Assembly: GCA_949285875.1 (NCBI GenBank)
Contig: CASDZZ010000004.1
Span: forward strand, 1 to 55,546
Origin: an uncultured bacterium
GTDB lineage: Bacteria; Bacillota_I; Bacilli_A; RF39; UBA660
Reading direction: 5' to 3'
Length of the DNA stretch: 55,546 nucleotides
Below the pieces are notes generated by a model. That model saw nothing but the letters and a program-made list of their open reading frames with translations, made no database searches and was not told where the DNA came from. A program made the translations under genes and the position numbers. Below are positions 42,972 through 51,204 of the stretch, one piece after another. Numbering within the stretch: the first letter of the stretch is position 1; each line of letters begins with the position of its first letter.

Positions 42972-43700
42972 ATGAAAATTTTAGGAGTTATACCCGCGAG
43001 ATACTCAAGTTCTCGATTTGAAGGTAAACCGCTTGCCATGATTGAAGGTAAACCAATGATATGGTGGGTGTACAACCAGGCAATCAAGGTGAAAGAATTT
43101 TACAAGGTAATTGTTGCAACAGATGATAAAAGAATTATGGACGCATGTAATGATTTAGGAATAAATGCTGTTATGACAAGTAAGGATAATAAAACTCCTA
43201 CGGATAGGATATATGAGGTTTCTACTATGGAAGATGCTGATTATTATATTTCTATAAATGGAGATGAACCTTTAATAAATCCAGATATAATTAGTTTTAT
43301 TATTCCTAAAAAAGTAACTTCAGAAGATTTTGTTTCTAATATAATATCTCCGATGAAAGATCCTGTTGAAGTTGTTGATGCTTCAAATTTGAAAGTGATT
43401 ACTAATGAGCGAGGTGAAGGAATTTACATTTCGAGAAGCCCTGTACCATATCCTAAAGGAGAAATGGAATTTAATTATAAAAAGCATGTTGGTGTCTATG
43501 CCTTTAATAAAGGAGCCTTAAAGTTTTATCATGATACAAAAAGGGGCTTAATTGAAAGAGTTGAGGATATCGACTTGTTGAGATTTATAGAGAATGGGAA
43601 AAAAGTTTTGTTTTTAGAAAAAGAGTGTGATACGTTGTCTGTAGATTCACCTAAAGATTTAGAAAAAATAAAAAATATTATTAAAAGTAAGGAAAAATAA
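42972..43700 (+). CDS. kdsB: 3-deoxy-manno-octulosonate cytidylyltransferase-like (CMP-Kdo synthetase, KdsB/KpsU family)
   Basis: 'ILGVIPARYSSSRFEGKPLAMIEGKPMIWWVY' matches the KdsB N-terminal signature (IPARxxSxRxxGKPL..I.GKPMI). 'SINGDEPLI' matches the GDEP motif. 242 aa. Confidence 0.8.
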   Translation: MKILGVIPARYSSSRFEGKPLAMIEGKPMIWWVYNQAIKVKEFYKVIVATDDKRIMDACNDLGINAVMTSKDNKTPTDRIYEVSTMEDADYYISINGDEPLINPDIISFIIPKKVTSEDFVSNIISPMKDPVEVVDASNLKVITNERGEGIYISRSPVPYPKGEMEFNYKKHVGVYAFNKGALKFYHDTKRGLIERVEDIDLLRFIENGKKVLFLEKECDTLSVDSPKDLEKIKNIIKSKEK

Positions 43701-43703
43701 ATA

Positions 43704-45191
43704 ATGTTTATACCGTTTTTATTTAATTTGGATAATAATCTTAAACATACGTATTGGATGTATGCAAAGTTTGTTGATTTCTGTTTAAAAAATGAATTGC
43801 CAATGGTGGTTTCAAAAAAATTTTATGATTACAATTGTAATGATGAAAATAATTTTATATATTTTGAATCTGTAGAAAATTATAATACAAATTTAAAATT
43901 TGATTTAAATTCATTAAAAAATAAGAATAAAATAGAATATGTATTCTTTACTCAAGATGAAGAAAGAAAAATTTTAGGTAATTTTTCCATCAACGAGATG
44001 ATGAGTAATTTGATAAAAAAAAGAAATAAAATATTTGAAGAAATTTTAGATAAAAAGATTCAATTATTATTAAAAAAGTATAAAAATTTAAAAGCTTTTA
44101 TCACTTGGCTTTATTATCCCAGTTTAAATTATGTATTAAGTAAATATGGTATTAAGTTAATTAATTTTGAATTTTCTTCTATAAGAAGGAACAATTATAA
44201 TACAAATTTATGTTATTTAACATTTGAAAGTAAATATTCATATGATAAAGTAAAAAAAGAATTTCCAAAATTTAATCCACATTTTTTGTTTAGTAGAGAG
44301 GAATTATTATTACTTTTTTCTACTAGTGATAATTTAAGTTTATTAAAAAAACTAAATTCTAACACAATTTATGATTTCGGTTTAGATTATGGTAATCCTA
44401 CTTCATATTATAATATACCTTTTGCAACGTTAACAAACGAGGAAATATTAAATAAATTAGATAAACTTACATATCAAAAAAAAATTTCAATAAGAAAACA
44501 TCCGGCGGCAGAAGTTTATAATATATCGAATAAATATACTATAGACAATTCTAATAACTCAGTTGAATGGATTTTAAAATGCAAAAGAATAGTAACAATG
44601 GCATCTAACATCGGATTTGAGGCACAATTGTATGGAAGACCAACATATGTACTTACAGATAAAATACCATTTTATTTTGACTCTATTCATGACTTAAATT
44701 CTACTGAGGATTATGTATCTAGTATTAAGTTAATAAATTATTTTATATTTGCTTATTTTGTGCCATACGATTTTCTTTTTAATGTTGATTATTTAAGTTG
44801 GAGAATAAGTAACAATAATATTAATGACATTTATAAAAAAAATTATAGTTACATATTAAAGCAATATGATATTTCAGAAGATTTTACAAAACTAAATGAG
44901 ATTGATAGAAAAAAAATTTTATTGCATAAAGTACACGGTTTCTCTGATACAAAAGCTAATCATTTTTTGTCGGATATAAATAGACCTTATGATGATTTAG
45001 AGCAAGAAATATGCAATTGTAAGGCTAAACTTAAAGAAAAAGAAATTGAAAATAGTTGTATTAAAAAGAAATTAAATCAACTTGAATTTAAAATTGCAAA
45101 TTTAAATTCTGAATTATATCTAATAAAGAGTAGTAAAGGATGGAAAGCTTTAGAAAATATAAGAAGAATTAAAAATAGATTTAAAAATTAA
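43704..45191 (+). CDS. Putative KpsC/KpsS-like (Capsule_synth) beta-Kdo-type glycosyltransferase with C-terminal coiled coil
   Basis: 'SIRKHPAAE' (HP motif) followed by 'KRIVTMASNIGFEAQLYGRPTYVLTDKIPFY'. Compare KpsS '..IKHHPMDRG..' and 'AVVTINSTAGISALIHNKPLKVMGNALY' as I recall them. Starts 4 nt after the kdsB stop. Heptad region 'LEQEICNCKAKLKEKEIENSCIKKKLNQLEFKIANLNSEL', then 'SSKGWKALENIRR'. Confidence 0.45.
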   Translation: MFIPFLFNLDNNLKHTYWMYAKFVDFCLKNELPMVVSKKFYDYNCNDENNFIYFESVENYNTNLKFDLNSLKNKNKIEYVFFTQDEERKILGNFSINEMMSNLIKKRNKIFEEILDKKIQLLLKKYKNLKAFITWLYYPSLNYVLSKYGIKLINFEFSSIRRNNYNTNLCYLTFESKYSYDKVKKEFPKFNPHFLFSREELLLLFSTSDNLSLLKKLNSNTIYDFGLDYGNPTSYYNIPFATLTNEEILNKLDKLTYQKKISIRKHPAAEVYNISNKYTIDNSNNSVEWILKCKRIVTMASNIGFEAQLYGRPTYVLTDKIPFYFDSIHDLNSTEDYVSSIKLINYFIFAYFVPYDFLFNVDYLSWRISNNNINDIYKKNYSYILKQYDISEDFTKLNEIDRKKILLHKVHGFSDTKANHFLSDINRPYDDLEQEICNCKAKLKEKEIENSCIKKKLNQLEFKIANLNSELYLIKSSKGWKALENIRRIKNRFKN

Positions 45192-45220
45192 AAGAAAGTC
45201 AATGTGAACTTTCTTTTAAT
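45189..45220 (+). terminator. Terminator after the KpsS-like gene
   Basis: 9-bp stem 'aaagaaagt'/'actttcttt', 8-nt loop, short T-run. Confidence 0.55.
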
Positions 45221-45246
45221 TTGCTTACAATATTGAGTTTTGAAAC

Positions 45247-45275
45247 TTGTAAAAATATCACAATTATTATATAAT
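45247..45275 (+). promoter_or_regulatory. Sigma-A-type promoter of the glycosylation (Gtr-like) sub-operon
   Basis: -35 'ttgtaa' (45247-45252), 17-nt spacer, -10 'tataat' (45270-45275). Confidence 0.5.
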
Positions 45276-45304
45276 TTATTCAAGATATAAGGAGGATAAG
45301 TTAT

Positions 45305-46846
45305 ATGGAAAAAGCAAAAGAAATAGATAAAAACAATTTTAAATATTATTTAAAAAAATCATATAAAACTATAATAATTATTGCTATATTTTTGCTATTA
45401 ACTTATTGGGCAAGATTAATTAGTGATAGTTTCTCTATTGATACAGAATTATATATACAAGAATATACTCATTCTTTTGATTGGTGGTTAAATCTTGAAA
45501 GATGGGGATTAGTAATCTTGAATAAAATATTAAAAATTGGACCTCTTATTATTCCTCATGCTAATTTTTTAACTGTGTTATTTATATTTGTATATTCTAT
45601 TTTATATTGTTATTTATTTTACTTAAGTATAGGTGATAAATATAAAGAAAAATATTTAAAATATCAATTTATATTTCCTATAATATTTATAACAAGTCCT
45701 ATTTTTGCAGAGCAATATAATTTTATTAATCAAAATGCGTCGGTTTCACTAGCCATTTGTTTTGTTGCTACTTCATTAATATTATTATTTAAATCTGATA
45801 ATGAAAGTAATATAAAAAATAAGTATATATTGATAATATCAAGTTTAATTTTATCTACCATTGCATTTGGTACTTATCAATCAATAATTCCATTATATAT
45901 TTTAAGCGTTGTTGCATGCTATATTTTAAAATGTATTAGTGATGAGGATTCATCATGGAAGTATTTGATTAAAAGGATAATAATTTTTGGAATAAGTGCT
46001 GTATTATATTTATTAATTTCAAAGATATTGAGAGATGGAAACACTTATCTTAATTCTGGATGGCAAGATAGTGGTTTAATTTGTTTTAGAAATATATATT
46101 ATGTTATAGTTAGTGTTTTAAAATGTGAAACAGTTTTTTATAATGTAAGTTATTTAATTGCTATTGCTATGATTATTATTGTTAATGTTTATTTATTCTT
46201 TAAGAAGAAAAATAACGCAGGTATAATAATAAGTAGTATAGGCCTATTGTTATCTCCTTTTTTCATAATGATAATAACTGGAGTTGATCAGTTAAAAAGA
46301 ACTCAGTTTAATTATTCTTTTGCAATTGGTTTTATATTTTTAATATTTGCTATAGTTTTTAGTAATAAAAAAACTTATAAATTTTTGTCTATATTTATAA
46401 TAGTGTTATCCTTAGGTGTAGCTTATAATCAATCTACTATTACTTCTAAACTATTCTATTCTGATAATGTAAGATATCAAAATGATGTTTTATATGCTAA
46501 TAAAATTCAAAGTATGATAGAACAAAAAGAATGGTATGATAGTAATAAAAAGTATAAATTAATATTTGTTGGTAAAAAAGAAGCAGAAGCTGTTAATAAT
46601 TATTTAAAAGGAGAAGTTATTGGTAAATCATTCTTTGAATTTGATTATGAATATTCATATGGTGTTACACAAAGGGTTAATGCTTTATTTGCTACTTTAG
46701 GTTATTTTTATGAAAAACCAACAGATGAAGAGTTTGAAGATGCAAAGGAATATGTATTAAAAAACAATATTAAGTTTATGCCTTCAAGTGATAGTATTAT
46801 TAATAAGGATGATAAAATAATTATAAGATTATCACAAGAATTATAG
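45305..46846 (+). CDS. Polytopic membrane protein, putative GtrII-like/GT-C extracytoplasmic glycosyltransferase
   Basis: RBS 'aaggagga' upstream. ~11 TM plus a ~130-aa C-terminal soluble domain. N-terminal 'ARLISDSFSIDTELY' resembles the start of GtrII-type glucosyltransferases. Lies directly upstream of a GtrB-like gene. Confidence 0.4.
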   Translation: MEKAKEIDKNNFKYYLKKSYKTIIIIAIFLLLTYWARLISDSFSIDTELYIQEYTHSFDWWLNLERWGLVILNKILKIGPLIIPHANFLTVLFIFVYSILYCYLFYLSIGDKYKEKYLKYQFIFPIIFITSPIFAEQYNFINQNASVSLAICFVATSLILLFKSDNESNIKNKYILIISSLILSTIAFGTYQSIIPLYILSVVACYILKCISDEDSSWKYLIKRIIIFGISAVLYLLISKILRDGNTYLNSGWQDSGLICFRNIYYVIVSVLKCETVFYNVSYLIAIAMIIIVNVYLFFKKKNNAGIIISSIGLLLSPFFIMIITGVDQLKRTQFNYSFAIGFIFLIFAIVFSNKKTYKFLSIFIIVLSLGVAYNQSTITSKLFYSDNVRYQNDVLYANKIQSMIEQKEWYDSNKKYKLIFVGKKEAEAVNNYLKGEVIGKSFFEFDYEYSYGVTQRVNALFATLGYFYEKPTDEEFEDAKEYVLKNNIKFMPSSDSIINKDDKIIIRLSQEL

Positions 46847-46854
46847 GAGAAAGT

Positions 46855-47802
46855 ATGGAAAAGATATCTGTAATAGTATCATGTTATAATGAGGAAGATG
46901 CTTTACCCTTATTTTACGAAGAAGTGGTAAAGATTGCTAAAAAAATGAAAGAAGTGGATTTTGAATTTTTATTTATTAATGATGGCTCAAAAGATAAAAC
47001 CTTAGATATACTAAGAGACTTTGCAAAAAAAGATAAAAGAGTAAGATACATATCTTTTTCTAGAAATTTCGGTAAAGAAGCAGCTATGTACGCGGGGCTT
47101 GAAAATTCTACTGGTGATTATGTTACCTTGATGGATGCTGATCTTCAGGATCCTCCTGCATTACTTCCAAAAATGTTTGATTTAATAAAGAATGGTGGGT
47201 ATGATTCTGTTGGTACAAGAAGAGTAACAAGAAAAGGAGAGCCTCCCATCAGGAGTTTTTTTGCAAGATGTTTTTATAAAATTATAAATAAAATGTCTAA
47301 AGTAGAAATGGTTGGTGGTGCTCGGGATTATAGATTAATGACGAGGCAAGTGGTTGATTCGATTGTTTCGTTAAAAGAATATAATCGTTATTCTAAGGGA
47401 TTGTTTAGTTTTGTAGGATTTGAAACAAAATGGTTAGAATATGAAAATGTAGAAAGAGTTGTTGGGGAAACCAAATGGTCATTTTGGAAATTGTTTAAAT
47501 ACGCTATTGAAGGAATAGTTGCTTTTACTACAGCCCCATTAACATTAGCCGCTCTATTCGGTTTAATATTGTGTTTTGTTTCTTTTTTGGCAATGATTTT
47601 TGTGTTTGTAAGAGCACTAATGTTTGGTGATCCGGTTAGTGGATGGCCTTCAACAATTTGTATTATACTATTTGTAGGTGGAGTACAATTGTTATGCATG
47701 GGAATAATAGGTGAATATTTGGCAAAAAATTATTTAGAGACTAAGCATAGACCAATATACATAGTAAAGGAAACAGAAAAAATTAATTATAGTAAGAAGT
47801 AG
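46855..47802 (+). CDS. Polyprenyl-phosphate glycosyltransferase (GT2, GtrB/CsbB/ArnC-like) with two C-terminal TM
   Basis: 'ISVIVSCYNEEDAL', 'INDGSKDKT', 'MDADLQDPP' and C-terminal TMs ending 'GIIGEYLAKNYLETKHRPIY'. Confidence 0.88.
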   Translation: MEKISVIVSCYNEEDALPLFYEEVVKIAKKMKEVDFEFLFINDGSKDKTLDILRDFAKKDKRVRYISFSRNFGKEAAMYAGLENSTGDYVTLMDADLQDPPALLPKMFDLIKNGGYDSVGTRRVTRKGEPPIRSFFARCFYKIINKMSKVEMVGGARDYRLMTRQVVDSIVSLKEYNRYSKGLFSFVGFETKWLEYENVERVVGETKWSFWKLFKYAIEGIVAFTTAPLTLAALFGLILCFVSFLAMIFVFVRALMFGDPVSGWPSTICIILFVGGVQLLCMGIIGEYLAKNYLETKHRPIYIVKETEKINYSKK

Positions 47803-47827
47803 TTTATTTTGAAGGGAAGTAGTAAAT

Positions 47828-48802
47828 ATGAAAAAAAATAATATTTTATATGTCGTTGTACCTTGTTATAATGAAGAAGAAGTACTTGAGGAAACTACTA
47901 AGCAATTAAAATTGAAATTAACTAGTTTAATAAAGACTAAGAAAATATCAAGTAAAAGTAAGGTGATGTATGTAAATGACGGCTCAAAAGATAAAACATG
48001 GGAGTTAATAAAACAAATTCATTCTAAAGAAGAATTATTTACAGGAATTACTTTATCTAGAAATCGTGGACATCAAAATGCACTGTTAGCAGGTCTTATG
48101 ACAGCAAAGAATTATGCTGATTTAATTATTAGTATGGATGCTGATTTACAAGATGATATAAATGCTATGGATGAAATGATAGATAAATATCATGCGGGGT
48201 ATGAAATAGTTTATGGTGTAAGAAGTGCTAGAAAAACAGATACTTGGTTTAAAAGAGTAACCGCAGAAGGTTTTTATAAGTTTATGCAGTTAATGGGAGT
48301 AGAAGTAGTTTATAATCATGCAGATTATAGATTAACAAGCAAAAGGGTACTAGATAATTTTGCTGATTTTAAAGAAGTTAATTTATTTTTAAGGGGAATG
48401 TTTCCCTTGGTAGGATTTAAGTCTACTAAAGTATACTATGAAAGACATGAGAGATTTGCTGGTGAGTCTAAATATCCATTAAAGAAAATGCTTAACTTTG
48501 CTTGGGATGGTATTACATCCTTTAGTGTAAAACCGATAAGATTAGTTTTAAATTTAGGAGTTTTAATATTTGGAATCAGTATTATTATGCTGCTTTATTC
48601 TTTAATTGTTAAGTTAGTTGGAAAAGCTGTTGAAGGTTGGACTTTTATTGTTTGTTCTATATGGTTAGTTTCGGGAATACAAATGTTATCCATAGGTATA
48701 GTAGGAGAATATATAGGGAAAATATATAATGAAACTAAACAAAGACCTAGATATATTATTTCAGAAAATTTAGAGGATTTGACTAATGATAAAAAATATT
48801 AG
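47828..48802 (+). CDS. Second polyprenyl-phosphate glycosyltransferase (GT2, GtrB/CsbB-like)
   Basis: 'YVVVPCYNEEEVL', 'VNDGSKDKT', 'MDADLQDD' and C-terminal TMs ending 'GIVGEYIGKIYNETKQRPRY'. Confidence 0.88.
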   Translation: MKKNNILYVVVPCYNEEEVLEETTKQLKLKLTSLIKTKKISSKSKVMYVNDGSKDKTWELIKQIHSKEELFTGITLSRNRGHQNALLAGLMTAKNYADLIISMDADLQDDINAMDEMIDKYHAGYEIVYGVRSARKTDTWFKRVTAEGFYKFMQLMGVEVVYNHADYRLTSKRVLDNFADFKEVNLFLRGMFPLVGFKSTKVYYERHERFAGESKYPLKKMLNFAWDGITSFSVKPIRLVLNLGVLIFGISIIMLLYSLIVKLVGKAVEGWTFIVCSIWLVSGIQMLSIGIVGEYIGKIYNETKQRPRYIISENLEDLTNDKKY

Positions 48803-50600
48803 TAAAACTGATAAGATACTTTTTTGCTTATTAGCTTTTCTTACTATATTATTTGCTGTATTTAAAATTAATAGTTTTGTATTTCCTGTTATAAGTTTAT
48901 GTTTAAATATCTTTTTAATTATAATTATTAAAGAAATAAAAAAGATATTAAATATAAGATTTTCCAAGTTACAAAAGATAGTTATGATATTATGTATCAT
49001 AATTATTTATCTTTTTTACTTTATTAGTGTTATTAATAGAAAATTTATATATTATTGGGATTTTTCATGTTATTATAATTTGCAAATTGGTTTAGAAGAA
49101 AGTTTTAATGTTGGAATATTTTCTGGTATCAAAAGTTTTATAGGAAGTACTTGGTCTGGTGAATATGGTAATTTTTTATCCTTCTTTCCTGAATTTTTAT
49201 TTAACTTTACTAATAAAACTATAAATTCATATGTATTAAGTTGTGTTTTTGTATATGTCCCTTATATAGTTATTTCTCTTTCGATGTTATTAACTAAAGT
49301 TATAGCTTTAGTTAAAATAAAAAAACAAAATTTAATTTATATTACTAGTATGTTTAGTTTTATATTATTTCCAATATTACATGGAGTTTTTATATATGGG
49401 CAACCTGATATATTTGGTATTACTTTTATATTTTTAATAATTACCTTAACTATAGATTATGAATTTAAAAAGCTTGATTTGCCAAGATTGATAATATTGT
49501 TTATAGTTACGTTTATGCTATTTATATCTAGAAGATGGTATTTATATTTTTTAGTTTCTTATTATTTTTGTTATGTAATTGCAGTTGTTATTCGCAACTT
49601 TAAAAATAAAGAATTCAAAAATATAATGAGAAATTGTATTATATTTGCAACTGTTTCTGCAATTTTATTTTTGATTACGATGTTCCCTTTTTTTAAAAAC
49701 ATAATAGCTGGGGATTTATCAAATTCTTATGTATATTATATGAGTGGTGGATTTAAAGCAGAATTACTTTTTCAATTTGGTCATATTGGGTATTTGATTT
49801 TAGTATTTATGCTTATTGGTATTTTATATGGAATAATAGATAAGAAGTATAGACTTTATACAATTTTATCTATTATACATTATTTTGCAATAGTAATATT
49901 GTTTACTAGGATTCAAAACATGGGTCTTCATCATTCCATACTTTTAGCACCTTCATATTTATACTACATATATCTTTTTATAGTATTTACTTGCAAAAAT
50001 TATTATGTATCAAGTTTAATTATAGTTATATTTATAATTAATTTTGGTTTTGGATTATTTTATAACAATAGTTTAATTTTTACGGATGTATCTTTGAAAA
50101 CCCCAAATCAAAATGATTATGAAAAAATTCAAGAAGTATGCGAATGGTTAAAGGAAAATTTAAATGAAAATAACAAGGCTTATATGATCACCCATAATAA
50201 TACTTATAACCCTGATAAGTTTAGAAACTTTTATTTACCAGATAAAACAATTAGTAATTATTTGCCTTATGGGTCGGCGATTATAGGTACTCACCCATTT
50301 CCTACACAATTATTTGAAGCTAAATACATAATTACAACTGACCCTTTTGAAAATGTCTCAATAGAAGGAATATATAATGATGTTTTTAAAACGTTAGTTT
50401 TAAAGGGTAAGTTTAATCTTATTAAAAAATTTGATATGGATAATGGTATAAATATTTTAATATATGAAAGAGTAAAAAAAGTTGATTATGAAGAAGCTAG
50501 TATGTACTTAAAAGAAATCTCAGCGGTAACAAAGGATTTTAATTATATGTATAAAGATGTAATAAATAAATATATCAAAGATAATAGGTTAAATAATTAG
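48786..50600 (+). CDS. Large polytopic membrane protein, putative GT-C-fold glycosyltransferase
   Basis: ~13-14 TM followed by a ~170-aa soluble C-terminal domain. 17-nt overlap with the preceding GtrB-like gene. No specific family motif recognised. Confidence 0.4.
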   Translation: MIKNISKTDKILFCLLAFLTILFAVFKINSFVFPVISLCLNIFLIIIIKEIKKILNIRFSKLQKIVMILCIIIIYLFYFISVINRKFIYYWDFSCYYNLQIGLEESFNVGIFSGIKSFIGSTWSGEYGNFLSFFPEFLFNFTNKTINSYVLSCVFVYVPYIVISLSMLLTKVIALVKIKKQNLIYITSMFSFILFPILHGVFIYGQPDIFGITFIFLIITLTIDYEFKKLDLPRLIILFIVTFMLFISRRWYLYFLVSYYFCYVIAVVIRNFKNKEFKNIMRNCIIFATVSAILFLITMFPFFKNIIAGDLSNSYVYYMSGGFKAELLFQFGHIGYLILVFMLIGILYGIIDKKYRLYTILSIIHYFAIVILFTRIQNMGLHHSILLAPSYLYYIYLFIVFTCKNYYVSSLIIVIFIINFGFGLFYNNSLIFTDVSLKTPNQNDYEKIQEVCEWLKENLNENNKAYMITHNNTYNPDKFRNFYLPDKTISNYLPYGSAIIGTHPFPTQLFEAKYIITTDPFENVSIEGIYNDVFKTLVLKGKFNLIKKFDMDNGINILIYERVKKVDYEEASMYLKEISAVTKDFNYMYKDVINKYIKDNRLNN

Positions 50601-50611
50601 GTGGAGGAGTT

Positions 50612-51034
50612 ATGAAAAAAATATTAGAATTATACAAGAGGTATGAGGAGATAATAAATTATTTAATAGTTGGAGTGTTAACAACTATCGTAAGTTTGGT
50701 ATCATACTATTTGTTAGTTTTTACAATTCTTAATCCTAAGGATGCTTTAGAACTTCAAATAGCGAACGTGATTTCTTGGATATCTGCGGTAGCTTTTGCT
50801 TATATAACAAATCGAATTTTTGTTTTTAAGAGTAAAAGTAAAAATATAGCAAAGGAATTAATTTCTTTTGTTGGTGCAAGAATTTTAACTTTGTTATTAG
50901 ATATGTTAGCAATGTTCATAATGGTTACCGTAATGAATTTAAATGATAAAATTTCTAAATTAGTAGTTCAGTTTTTAGTTATTATTATGAATTATGTATT
51001 TAGTAAGCTTTTTGTTTTTAAAAAGTCGAAATAA
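50612..51034 (+). CDS. GtrA-family membrane protein (lipid-linked sugar translocation)
   Basis: 140 aa with 4 TM. 'INYLIVGVLTTIVSLVSYYLL' and 'ITNRIFVFKS' match the GtrA-like pattern. Confidence 0.8.
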   Translation: MKKILELYKRYEEIINYLIVGVLTTIVSLVSYYLLVFTILNPKDALELQIANVISWISAVAFAYITNRIFVFKSKSKNIAKELISFVGARILTLLLDMLAMFIMVTVMNLNDKISKLVVQFLVIIMNYVFSKLFVFKKSK

Positions 51035-51046
51035 ATAGAATGAAAC

Positions 51047-51075
51047 ACAAAAATTTAATTTTTGTTTTTTTTTTT
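51047..51075 (+). terminator. Weak AT-rich terminator after gtrA-like gene
   Basis: Stem 'acaaaaa'/'tttttgt' followed by T10-11. The stem has only one G-C pair. Confidence 0.35.
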
Positions 51076-51204
51076 ATTTAAAAAATAAAATTTCATTTTT
51101 TATTTTTTATTTTTTGTTTTTCCCATTTAATATTTTATCAATTTTAATTATTTTTTAAGATATAAAAAAGATGCTATTCTATTTGACCGAAAGGAAGAAA
51201 TATT

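Noticed and set aside
51064-51076. T10-11 homopolymer as a phase-variation switch for the adhesin
   Set aside because: The tract reads as the U-tail of the gtrA terminator. It lies >120 nt upstream of the adhesin start and is not between any -35/-10 elements I could define.
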